From Methylococcales bacterium (GTDB taxonomy: Bacteria; Pseudomonadota; Gammaproteobacteria; Methylococcales; G963664935), in NCBI GenBank assembly GCA_963664935.2, contig CAXXSE010000004.1, forward strand, positions 53,651 to 117,650: a stretch of DNA of 64,000 bases, given 5' to 3'. The position numbers were made by a program, and so were the translations under genes. This document shows positions 46,620 through 55,447 of this stretch, piece by piece (within the stretch, counting starts at the first letter, position 1; each line of letters opens with the position of its first letter). A model generated the notes under the pieces. That model saw only the letters and a program-made list of their open reading frames with translations, made no database searches and was not told the origin of the DNA.

Positions 46620-48128
46620 ATCCCTTTCAAGGTGAAATAAAACACGATATATCAATAGGATAGAAAATAGTTGTAGACAAGCACCTTAATCATCTGGAAA
46701 ATATCAAGGGAACTTATATTCGATGATGAGGGGTAGACATGAAATTCGACGACATTTTTCAGCGTTTTACAGAGAAAAGCCCGGTCGCCGTGAGCGTTCA
46801 CATTCTGCTCGAACGGATATTCAGTCCGGACAAGCTCAATCAATGGTTTGAGAAAACAGCGGTTAACCAATATACGCGGGAGTTGTCGTTTTCGAGCCTT
46901 TTTGAATTGATGAATGGCGTGGTATTCAAAATGTTCCCTTGTGTCTTCAATGCCTATCAAAGTGCGGACGAGACGATTGGCGTTTCGGTCACGTCAGTCT
47001 ATAACAAGCTGAACGGACTGGAAGCCTCTACGTCAGCTACCCTGGTTCACGATACCGCGCAAGAGATGACGGAGATTATCGAAGCCTTAGGCGGCCCGTG
47101 TAAACCGTGGTTACCGGGCTATCGTGTCAAAGTGCTGGATGGCAACTGTATCGAGGCGACAGAACATCGTTTGCAGGTGCTCCAAAACACTAAGGCTGGA
47201 CCCTTGCCAGGAAAATCACTGAATGTGTACGATCCCGCGTTAGAGATGGTCATCGATGTGTTCCCCTGCGAGGATGGGCATACGCAAGAGTGGGCCTTGC
47301 TGGGGACGGTATTATCGACGGTCCAGGCACGGGATATCTGGATTATGGATCGTAATTTTTGTGTCAGGGACTTTCTCTCGGGAATTGTTGATCGTGGTGG
47401 CTTTTTGATCTGCCGCCAACATGCGTCGATGCCTTGGACGGCTCTCGGCGATGAACGTTATGTGGGCAACACCGAGACGGGAAAGATTTATGAGCAATGG
47501 ATCGAGGTCACCGATACGGCAGGGAGGGTTCGGAAATATCGTCGGATACGGGTTTGCCTGAATACCGCGACACGCGACGGTGAGCATGAGATTTGCGTGT
47601 TGACGAATCTACCGAAATCAGTCGCCGATGGCAGACTGATCGCCGAGATGTATCGTAAGCGCTGGACGATTGAAACCGCGTTTCAAGAATTGGAAGCTCA
47701 TCTCCATTCGGAAATCAACACCTTGGGTTATCCGAAAGCCGCCTTGTTCGGATTTTGCATTGCCCTGGTGGCCTACAATCTATTGGCTGTTGTTAAAGCA
47801 GCGCTCCGGGCTGTCCACGGCGAAGAAACCATCGAGAATGATGTTTCCAGCTATTATTTAGCCGGTCATATTGGCAGAACCCATGAAGGCATGATGATCG
47901 CCTTGCCATCGGAGTACTGGGTTGGATTTCAAAGTCTTCCGCTGACTGAATTGGTTGAGGTGCTCCTACAACTCGCTCATCACGTCAAATTATCCCAATT
48001 TAAAAAGCACCGTCGTGGGCCGAAAAAGCCACCGCCAAAACGTGACCAATTTCCCAAGCAGCCACATGTCTCAACTGCTAGACTCCTTGCGGCAAAGAAA
48101 AAGAAAAAAATGGCACCTTGAAAGGGAT
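46620..48128 (+). mobile_element. IS4-family insertion sequence, apparently intact
   Basis: It has perfect 15-bp terminal IRs, ATCCCTTTCAAGGTG and CACCTTGAAAGGGAT. A 13-bp target duplication GGTATCAGTCACC flanks it (46607-46619 and 48129-48141). Confidence 0.9.
46739..48121 (+). CDS. IS4-family DDE transposase
   Basis: 460 aa. The YRKRWTIETAFQELE block carries the Y-R-E-K signature of IS4-type DDE_Tnp_1 transposases. Confidence 0.85.
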   Translation: MKFDDIFQRFTEKSPVAVSVHILLERIFSPDKLNQWFEKTAVNQYTRELSFSSLFELMNGVVFKMFPCVFNAYQSADETIGVSVTSVYNKLNGLEASTSATLVHDTAQEMTEIIEALGGPCKPWLPGYRVKVLDGNCIEATEHRLQVLQNTKAGPLPGKSLNVYDPALEMVIDVFPCEDGHTQEWALLGTVLSTVQARDIWIMDRNFCVRDFLSGIVDRGGFLICRQHASMPWTALGDERYVGNTETGKIYEQWIEVTDTAGRVRKYRRIRVCLNTATRDGEHEICVLTNLPKSVADGRLIAEMYRKRWTIETAFQELEAHLHSEINTLGYPKAALFGFCIALVAYNLLAVVKAALRAVHGEETIENDVSSYYLAGHIGRTHEGMMIALPSEYWVGFQSLPLTELVEVLLQLAHHVKLSQFKKHRRGPKKPPPKRDQFPKQPHVSTARLLAAKKKKKMAP

Positions 48129-48634
48129 GGTATCAGTCACCTACTTTCCGAAACATTGACGGGGTCCTTGAACCTGGGAGGACGTCAGACCAAAACCCGG
48201 TTTTCAGACGGCATTGATGAGGTTGATTCCACCGGTTTCACGGGTTCGATGAATTTAAACTATCAGTATGATTCCGGAAGCATTCAAGCTGATTTTTCAA
48301 GCGATATTCAACCCTCTGGATCGGGTAATTCCAACCAGACGGACGAGCTGTCTTATTAGCTGGTCGCGGCAATTATCCGAAAAACTGGATTTTTCTTTGT
48401 CGACTTCCATTAGACGCAGTACCGAGGTTAATACACAGACGGATAGCGGTGATGATGATCGAATTTTTTTTAACGCATTCCCCCCAACTGACTTGGCAAT
48501 ACAATCAAAGAATGTCTTTTGTATGCGGGTACCGGTATAGTCGTCAAGAACTTGAGAATAGCCCATCGGCTGATTCCAATTCCGTTTTCGCTACCATTAA
48601 TTATCGATGGCAACCGTTATCAATATCCAGATAG
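48129..48634 (+). pseudogene. EpsL-like outer-membrane beta-barrel gene, part 2 (two further frameshifts)
   Basis: It continues GISHLLSETLTGSLNLGG ... MNLNYQYD. The frame changes near 48355 and in the T8 run at 48464-48471. The C-terminus is ATINYRWQPLSISR. Confidence 0.45.
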
Positions 48635-48654
48635 ACAGCCTTTAAATCACAATT

Positions 48655-49150
48655 AGTAAGAAATGGAAGAAGAAGACTTTTAAGGGCCTTGGCGATTATT
48701 TAGCGGCCCTAAAACGGCATAAGGTCAAAATGATTGTAACCCTATTGGCCATCTTGATATGCAGCACCTCGGTGGCTTTTTTACTCCCTTCGATCTATCA
48801 ATCAACCGCGATAATTTTGATTGAACAGTAGGAGATTCCACAGGACTTGGTAAGAACAACCGTCACCAGTTATGCCGATCAACGTATACATATACTAGTC
48901 ATCAGTCAGCGGGTGATGACCCGTGGTAATTTATCTAAAATCATTGAAAAATTTGAGCTTTTTAAAATAAAACTCAAGAAAGAAGGTCTTGTATCGGTAC
49001 TCGAATCAATGCGCGAAAACATAAACCTCAAGATGATAAGCGCGGAAATTGTTGATCTCGTCAAGCTTGATCCTTATCGGGGCGATTATTATTTTTCATT
49101 TCTTTATCAAACCGCTGGATGTTGCCTGGTTCATTTTCCAGCGTCGATTA
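48655..49150 (+). pseudogene. PEP-CTERM-locus polysaccharide chain-length determinant (EpsF/Wzz-like), N-terminal remnant with in-frame TAG
   Basis: It reads YLAALKRHKVKMIVTLLAILICSTSVAFLLPSIYQSTAIILIEQ*EIPQDLVRTTVTSYADQRIHI ... SQRVMTRGNL. The TAG is at 48829-48831. The rest of the ~500-aa protein is absent. Confidence 0.6.
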
Positions 49151-49167
49151 AACCTGATATAAGGCTA

Positions 49168-49980
49168 ATGGAACGACTTCAAAAAGCACTCGAGAAAGCC
49201 CGAAGGGAACGCACTTCGGCTGCTCCGAAGCAGGAAAGAGCAATAAATCCTGGTGTGCCGGGACCATCTCTAAGCATTGGGATTGAATATACCCAAACGC
49301 AAATTATCCCAATATCGCCCCTGAATATACAAAATAACCGCGTCTTATTCCGCCAGCAAGACGCACCCGTCATTGACGCTTATAAGGTTCTACGAACCAA
49401 GCTGCTGCAAAAATTGAAAGATAAGAATTGGAATACGGTTGCGGTGACCAGCCCGACACAGGGCGCTGGGAAGACACTGACCACCGTCAATCTAGCCATC
49501 AGCTTGGCAATGGAAATGAATTACACGGTTTTGCTGGTCGATCTCAACCTAAAACAACCGTCCATCCACAAATATTTCGGTATCGAAGTTTATTCGGGGA
49601 TTTCGGACTATCTTCTGTCGAATACGCCGATCGGAAATCTGCTGATAAATCCAGGTATCGATGGCTTGGTATTTCTGCCTGTCGGCGATCCTATTCATCA
49701 TTCCTCGGAAATGCTCTCAGCGCCGAGAATGCTTCATTTGATTAACGAGTTAAAAGACCGTTACACCAACCGGATTATAATATTTGACATGCCTTCCATA
49801 TTACCTTTCGATGATGTGTTAGTCCTGCTTCCCTATGTCGATTCGAGTATATTAGTGGTCGAAGAAAGTGTGAATACCCCGGACCAGATACGGCATTGCC
49901 TTGAAACCCTGGAGGGTGAGAAATTTTTAGGTACGGTGCTCAATAAATCCACTCTTCCCCGCCAGAATTACTATTACTAA
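49168..49980 (+). CDS. BY-kinase-type tyrosine autokinase (EpsG / exosortase-locus type)
   Basis: Walker A is VTSPTQGAGKT, A' is VLLVDLNL and B is IIIFDMPS. The C-terminal Tyr cluster is NYYY. The start is taken at the ATG at 49168 (MERLQKAL), not the ORF-track start, which lies in the upstream pseudogene. Confidence 0.7.
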   Translation: MERLQKALEKARRERTSAAPKQERAINPGVPGPSLSIGIEYTQTQIIPISPLNIQNNRVLFRQQDAPVIDAYKVLRTKLLQKLKDKNWNTVAVTSPTQGAGKTLTTVNLAISLAMEMNYTVLLVDLNLKQPSIHKYFGIEVYSGISDYLLSNTPIGNLLINPGIDGLVFLPVGDPIHHSSEMLSAPRMLHLINELKDRYTNRIIIFDMPSILPFDDVLVLLPYVDSSILVVEESVNTPDQIRHCLETLEGEKFLGTVLNKSTLPRQNYYY

Positions 49981-50418
49981 AACAGAGAACAGGATGCTAT
50001 TCGTATTTGTAAACAAATTAAAGACAACACCAATATTGATATTTCATTGACAGCGGGTTAGGGGTGATTCGTGTTCAGATCGGACTGAAAAAAATTCCAT
50101 CATTCCAGAATATTGGACCGATTATTCTGGGTAGTACTCGGCGCGACCTGCTTAGAAACCGCTGAATCGGTTGAAAATTCTATCACCTCGGTTTCACGCA
50201 TTTAATAGCCGAGGGTGAAATCAGGTTGTCAGAAATTGCCTTCACTTGCCCAGCTGATTCGTGAAAAAAGTTCAGGTTGTGAGGTAGTGGATGAGGCCAT
50301 GCACTAGGATTTATAGGGGATACGGTCAAATGTACAGGTAAAAACAAGCCCTTGCTCCCCTATATCATCCCCTCCCTTGCAAGCCGGGCAAATAATCGCA
50401 CGAATGTGAGTTTAAGAA

Positions 50419-50452
50419 CATTACCCGAATGTACTAGTACATTCGGGTAATG
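50419..50452. repeat. Perfect 34-bp palindrome
   Basis: The sequence is CATTACCCGAATGTACT|AGTACATTCGGGTAATG. It lies in a ~780-bp stretch with no convincing ORF. Confidence 0.9.
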
Positions 50453-50764
50453 AGGATTTGGATAGGAGCCAGCGCTAACACACGAATCGCCATTTAAACC
50501 TTAAACGCCATGATCGACCCCAATTTCTATCATCATGGGGCAAACCAATCTTCCCGCATCATTAAAGTCGGCAATAGTAAATGACATTTTGCTTTTCACT
50601 TAATTTTTACGCACATCGAGCCCAATTCTTTCGACGATGGCTTAAATTAGCCAATTTATAGAGGTTGTCTTGGATTGCGGTTTTGATTCGTGCTTGCATT
50701 ATTTCGGTAACATGGTAAATTTCCTCTGTTCAGGAAAAAATCAAGCCATGAGAGAGGAGGACAA

Positions 50765-51193
50765 ATGAGCGAAATAAAAATTGGAGATATTATTTCCAAC
50801 GTAAAAGATGCTATCGGTAATATTATGGATTTTCGTGAGGAGAATCCTAAGGTTTTTTATGGGGGCATCGGTACGGTAGTAGTTGTGGTGTTATTGTTTA
50901 TGGTGTTGACTCCCGCGGGAACGGACATTGAAGGTCCCAAAATTACCATAGGTAACGTATATACGATTGCCGCTCCCAATGGTGGTCCAGCTAATTTAAC
51001 GGCTTCTCCGGTATTTAGCTCGGCCGATTACGCCGGTGAAGATTCCGTAAATGTCTGCCAAGTTAAGCCCGGTACCAAAGGCAAAGTTTTGGAATCACGC
51101 TTCGTGACGTACATTGATTATGTCAGATTAGAGATTTTAGACGGCGATTGCATGGGCAAAAAAGGCTGGACTTCGTCGGTCAGTTTAAGGTAG
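50765..51193 (+). CDS. Hypothetical single-TM protein
   Basis: 142 aa with a GGAGGA Shine-Dalgarno sequence upstream and the TM segment FYGGIGTVVVVVLLFMVL. No family was recognised. Confidence 0.5.
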   Translation: MSEIKIGDIISNVKDAIGNIMDFREENPKVFYGGIGTVVVVVLLFMVLTPAGTDIEGPKITIGNVYTIAAPNGGPANLTASPVFSSADYAGEDSVNVCQVKPGTKGKVLESRFVTYIDYVRLEILDGDCMGKKGWTSSVSLR

Positions 51194-51257
51194 CTCAGCG
51201 GATCAAAGAGATTGGTTCGGGGGTTTGATTACCCCCCAACCACCCCCTTTTAATCGC

Positions 51258-53744
51258 TCAAAGTTCTCTGAGCACGTTCATGGGGCTTTCATTCAATACG
51301 ATCCGGGTGCCGAGGTACCCAGCCAAACCGATACTTACGGCGCCGACCATTGGCGTAATCGTCCAAACCAGCCAATTCACGTGGTATTCCAATTGAAAGG
51401 TATAGCTATAAAGCGCCCAGGTAATGAGTTCAGCGGTAATTGCCGCAAGTAATCCGGACAAAAATCCCAATCCACAAAATTCAACGATCCGGCTGGTGCG
51501 AAGCAATCGTCGGCTGGCGCCCAAAGCCCTTAACAGCGAGCCTTCAAATATTCGGTTATCGATGCTGGAGCGAACCGCGGCGAATAATACCGTGAATCCG
51601 GCAAGAACAGCGAACACTAATATAAATTCCACCGAAGTAGAGACTTGTTTAATAATCATTCGGAATCGCTCAAGGATAAAATCCACTTCTAAAACCGTGA
51701 CCGTGGGAAATCGCTTTATCATCCGATTGAGGGCGAGCTTGTCTTCCGAAGGCAGAAAAAAACTGGTCAAATAGGTACCCGGGTAACCTTCCAAACTACC
51801 GGGGGAAAACATCATATAGAAAGTTGGTTTCATCGCGTCCCATTGGACGCTACGAATACTGCTGACCGAAGCAATAAACCATTCGCTCCCAACGCCAAAG
51901 GTTAAGCGATCGCCGATATCGACACCCAAACTCTTGGCCAGTTTCTGTTCCACTGAAACTTGGATCGGTCGGTCGATTCCGTTCCAACTTCCTTTTACGA
52001 TTTTATTGTGTGTTGGAAGCCGGTCCGCCGAAGTCATACTAAAATCACGGTTGGTTACCCGTTCACTATAGGACCCTGGTTCCACGATCTTGGTGAGATC
52101 GATATCGTTGATCTTAAGCAGTCGGCCCCGCACAATAGCGTAAAACGCACTCGAATCGATATTTTCATCCTTCAAATAAGCTTTAAATCCATCGACGCTA
52201 TCGGGAAAAATGTTCAAGGCAAAATGATTTTGCGCTTTTTCTGGCAATTGGATCTTCCAGGCTTCGATTAAATCCGTACGCACCAGAATGATGATCAGCA
52301 TCGCTGTCAGGGTAATGCAAAAAGCCAGAATTTGACTGATAGTCGTTTGCGGTTGCCGACTGAGATTTTGTAAGCCAAACCGCCAACCCAACCCGACATG
52401 GTTCATCAAATATGGGCAAAGCCGCAATAGCATCAAAGTAAACACACTCAATACAATCAGCGAGCCGAACCCAATGCCGGTCACATACAAGGTCATTTTC
52501 AGATCCTCGGTATAACGCCACATGAGGATTAACAGCGTTGAAAAGGCAAGTCCATAGACCAACCAAATACTGGGGGGCAAGGGCATCAAGTCCCGCCGGA
52601 ACACCTTCAGCGCGGAAACACGGCGCAGACGCAAAATCGGCGGTAACGCGAAACCGGTAAGCGTGATGAGTCCAGTCGATATTCCCAAAATGAGTGCATA
52701 CCAACTTGGACTGGATAACTGTTTGGGAAGAAAGTCTCGCAATAAATACACAAGAATCTCTTGGCCAACCCAGCCGATCCCATAGCCGATACAACCGCAG
52801 ATTACCCCAACCATGGCTAATTGCATCACGTATAAAACAATGATGTCATTTTGTTTGAGTCCCAGGCAACGCATCATCGCGGTGACGTTGAAATGCCGTT
52901 CGCTATATCGCCGGGTAGCCATGGCAATCGCGACACCGGCGATCAAAACCACGACGATGCTCACCAAGCCTAAGTATTGTTCGGCGCGGGATAGGGCTGT
53001 TCCCAGTTCCGGGCGCTCCTCGTGGATATCCATGATTCGCTGATTTGGATTCATTTCCGGAAACACCCACTGCTTATAGGCTGAAACCTGTTTTTCCGCA
53101 CCCGCGAACAAATAAAAATAGTGAACGTGACTCCCTGGCTGAATAACCCGAGTCGCGGGCAGATCTTGATAATTCATCATAATCCGCGGCGATAAACTTA
53201 AAAAGTTTCCTTTTCGATCGGGTTCGTAAGTGATTATTCGGGTAATCTCCAAAGGTTTTTCGCCTACTTCGAGTTGATCGCCAATGGAGAATCCCAACCG
53301 CTCCAACACCCTTCGTTCGACCCAAGCCATACCTGGCGAAGGAATTTCATGGGTTATCACTTCATCAGATATTTCCTTGGTTGTGGTCTTCAAGTGACCC
53401 CGCAAGGGATACCCGGGCGTACACGCTTTGATCCCAGCCAGTAACAATGCGTCACCGTTTAATACCACGCTGTTAAACTCGGCGGTTCGCGCAACGTCCA
53501 AGCCATATTGCTTGGCTGTTCGCGTCCAAATATCGGGCATATCTCCATGGCTTGTTATCACCAGGTCGGCGGCAAGAAATTCGGCGGCTTGATTTTCCAT
53601 GGTCCGATGGAGCCGATCGCCAAAAAGACTGACGGTTGTAGTGCAGGCGACCGCGATAATCAACGCCACAGCCAGAATATTGAGTTCCCCGGACCGCCAA
53701 TCCCGATGGAGAAATTTAAAGGCTAGTTGCGGACGATTTCGCAT
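51258..53744 (-). CDS. ybbP: FtsX-like ABC transporter permease, YbbP family (duplicated 4-TM module)
   Basis: 828 aa with two FtsX-type permease halves. The synteny tesA / ybbA-ybbP is as in E. coli. Confidence 0.8.
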   Translation of the reverse strand: MRNRPQLAFKFLHRDWRSGELNILAVALIIAVACTTTVSLFGDRLHRTMENQAAEFLAADLVITSHGDMPDIWTRTAKQYGLDVARTAEFNSVVLNGDALLLAGIKACTPGYPLRGHLKTTTKEISDEVITHEIPSPGMAWVERRVLERLGFSIGDQLEVGEKPLEITRIITYEPDRKGNFLSLSPRIMMNYQDLPATRVIQPGSHVHYFYLFAGAEKQVSAYKQWVFPEMNPNQRIMDIHEERPELGTALSRAEQYLGLVSIVVVLIAGVAIAMATRRYSERHFNVTAMMRCLGLKQNDIIVLYVMQLAMVGVICGCIGYGIGWVGQEILVYLLRDFLPKQLSSPSWYALILGISTGLITLTGFALPPILRLRRVSALKVFRRDLMPLPPSIWLVYGLAFSTLLILMWRYTEDLKMTLYVTGIGFGSLIVLSVFTLMLLRLCPYLMNHVGLGWRFGLQNLSRQPQTTISQILAFCITLTAMLIIILVRTDLIEAWKIQLPEKAQNHFALNIFPDSVDGFKAYLKDENIDSSAFYAIVRGRLLKINDIDLTKIVEPGSYSERVTNRDFSMTSADRLPTHNKIVKGSWNGIDRPIQVSVEQKLAKSLGVDIGDRLTFGVGSEWFIASVSSIRSVQWDAMKPTFYMMFSPGSLEGYPGTYLTSFFLPSEDKLALNRMIKRFPTVTVLEVDFILERFRMIIKQVSTSVEFILVFAVLAGFTVLFAAVRSSIDNRIFEGSLLRALGASRRLLRTSRIVEFCGLGFLSGLLAAITAELITWALYSYTFQLEYHVNWLVWTITPMVGAVSIGLAGYLGTRIVLNESPMNVLREL

Positions 53745-53746
53745 AG

Positions 53747-54459
53747 TTAGTGATTAATAATTTTCCCGGTATCTAAGTGTATTCTGCGATTGCATCGTGT
53801 AGCCAAGGCTTCGTCATGGGAGACTAAAACCAAGGTGGTATTATTTTCCCGGTTTAAATCAAAAAGCAAATTGATGACCTGCTCCCCGGTTTTACTGTCC
53901 AGGTTCCCGGTGGGCTCATCGGCGAAGAGTATTTTCGGACGGGTGACGAATGCCCTTGCGATGGCAACCCGCTGCTGTTCTCCACCGGACAATTGCATCG
54001 GATAATGATTGAGCCGACGTCCCAAGCCAACCCTGTTCATCAACGCCCGGCTGTATCTTTCGGCTTTTCCTCGGCGGTTAACTCCAAGGGAAGCATGACA
54101 TTTTCCAACGCCGTCAAACTCGGCAGCAATTGAAAAGATTGGAATACAAAACCGACATTTTCACCACGAATCCGAGCTTTGCCATCCTCATCCAAATCGG
54201 TCAAACAAACCCCCGCCAATTCGACTCGACCGCTCGAGGGTAAATCCAATCCGGCAAGAAGACATAACAATGTTGATTTTCCGGAACCCGATGCGCCGAG
54301 GATAGCCACCGACTCTCCCGATTTGATAGTTAAACCAACCGATGTCAGTATATCTAACCGGCCTTCAGAAGTTTCAACGTTTTTGCACAAGTTTTCCGCA
54401 TGAATAATCACTTCACCCGGTCCATCTATTACGTTATTTTGATTGAGTAGCTCCGTCAT
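53747..54459 (-). pseudogene. ybbA: ABC transporter ATP-binding protein YbbA-like, frameshift near 54045-54055
   Basis: The N-part has Walker A GASGSGKST. The C-part has LSGGEQQRVAIARA and Walker B ILFADEPTGNLD in another frame (53747-54043). Confidence 0.8.
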
Positions 54460-55078
54460 GGAAAAAATCGTATTCTCATTTTGCCTATTTCTGTTACCGG
54501 GATTGATTTTCGCAACCGATATCCTCATCATTGGAGACAGCATCAGTACAGCGTACGGCATAAAACGCCACCAAGGCTGGGTCACATTGTTGCAGCAAAA
54601 GCTACGTAATGAAACCCGCGACGTAAAAATCATCAATGCCAGTATTTCGGGAGAAACCACGGCGGGGGGCTTAGCCAGAATCGACCAGGAGTTGAATCGG
54701 TATCAACCAGATATTGCCATCATCGAACTTGGCGGCAACGACGGTTTAAGGGGGTTCTCTCCAAAAATCATGAAATCCAACCTGGCGAAGATGATCAAAC
54801 GGTCCGAAAACAGTGGTGCGAAGGTACTTTTACTGGGGATGCGCATACCGCCAAACTACGGGAAACGTTACACCGAACTATTTGCCGAAGTCTATTCTCA
54901 ATTGGCAAGCGAATACCCTATTTCCTTAGTACCTTTCTTGCTGGAGGGTTTCGGAACCCGCTCCGATTTAATGCAACACGATGGTATTCACCCCAATGCC
55001 CGGGCTCAGCCCCTGATCATGGAAATTGTATTGACCCAATTGAAACCCCTGCTCGAAAGCCAAATTGTGCCGGACTGA
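54458..55078 (+). CDS. tesA: SGNH/GDSL arylesterase / acyl-CoA thioesterase I
   Basis: It has a signal peptide, then ILIIGDSIS (GDS block), ELGGNDGLRG and DGIHPN. Its ATG at 54458 overlaps the divergent ybbA ATG at 54459 by 2 nt. Confidence 0.85.
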   Translation: MEKIVFSFCLFLLPGLIFATDILIIGDSISTAYGIKRHQGWVTLLQQKLRNETRDVKIINASISGETTAGGLARIDQELNRYQPDIAIIELGGNDGLRGFSPKIMKSNLAKMIKRSENSGAKVLLLGMRIPPNYGKRYTELFAEVYSQLASEYPISLVPFLLEGFGTRSDLMQHDGIHPNARAQPLIMEIVLTQLKPLLESQIVPD

Positions 55079-55080
55079 TA

Positions 55081-55215
55081 AGCTGAATCAGTGAATTCAA
55101 TGCGGATAGTAGGGAGCAAGATATTGGTTTCTCGGGGGATCGATTAATTGCATCAGTTGAAACTGGCAAAAGGTAAGATAGTCGGATCAAGATAATAGTT
55201 CCGTATCACTGGTTC
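55081..55215. repeat. Second member of the palindromic element family seen at 7244-7408
   Basis: 55096-55131 (TTCAATGCGGATAGTAGGGAGCAAGATATTGGTTTC) matches the reverse complement of 7357-7392 at 33 of 36 positions. The outer arms are related. Confidence 0.55.
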
Positions 55216-55253
55216 TTTAAGTGTTCGATTACCGACTAACCAATTGATTTAAT

Positions 55254-55330
55254 TGGTCGGGGTGAGAGGATTTGAACCTCCGGCCCCTGCCTCCCGAAGG
55301 CAGTGCTCTACCAAGCTGAGCTACACCCCG
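55254..55330 (-). tRNA. tRNA-Pro (anticodon CGG), CCA encoded
   Basis: The reverse complement is CGGGGTGTAGCTCAGCTTGGTAGAGCACTGCCTTCGGGAGGCAGGGGCCGGAGGTTCAAATCCTCTCACCCCGACCA. It folds as a cloverleaf with acceptor CGGGGTG/CACCCCG, anticodon stem CTGCC/GGCAG, loop TTCGGGA and T-loop TTCAAAT. Confidence 0.9.
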
Positions 55331-55447
55331 ATGGTACGGTTAGGCAACGTGTGATATTTCTCCAGTGCCTTAAGATGGTCCGGTCAGAAACAAACATCCC
55401 GTGCAATATGGGATATTATTTATTGAGGCATCGCTTAAGGATCTACC

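Noticed and set aside
1158-48831. The in-frame TAA/TAG codons were considered as programmed recoding (Sec/Pyl/readthrough) or an altered genetic code.
   Set aside because: Both TAA and TAG occur, and mostly in mobile-element or otherwise frameshifted genes. The many intact housekeeping genes terminate normally at the same codons. No TGA/SECIS-type context is present, and FdsA uses Cys.
55254-55330. tRNA-Pro was considered as the integration site of the accessory region.
   Set aside because: The mosaic ends about 4.5 kb away, and the conserved ybbP-ybbA-tesA genes lie in between. No partial tRNA duplicate (att repeat) was seen at the other boundary.
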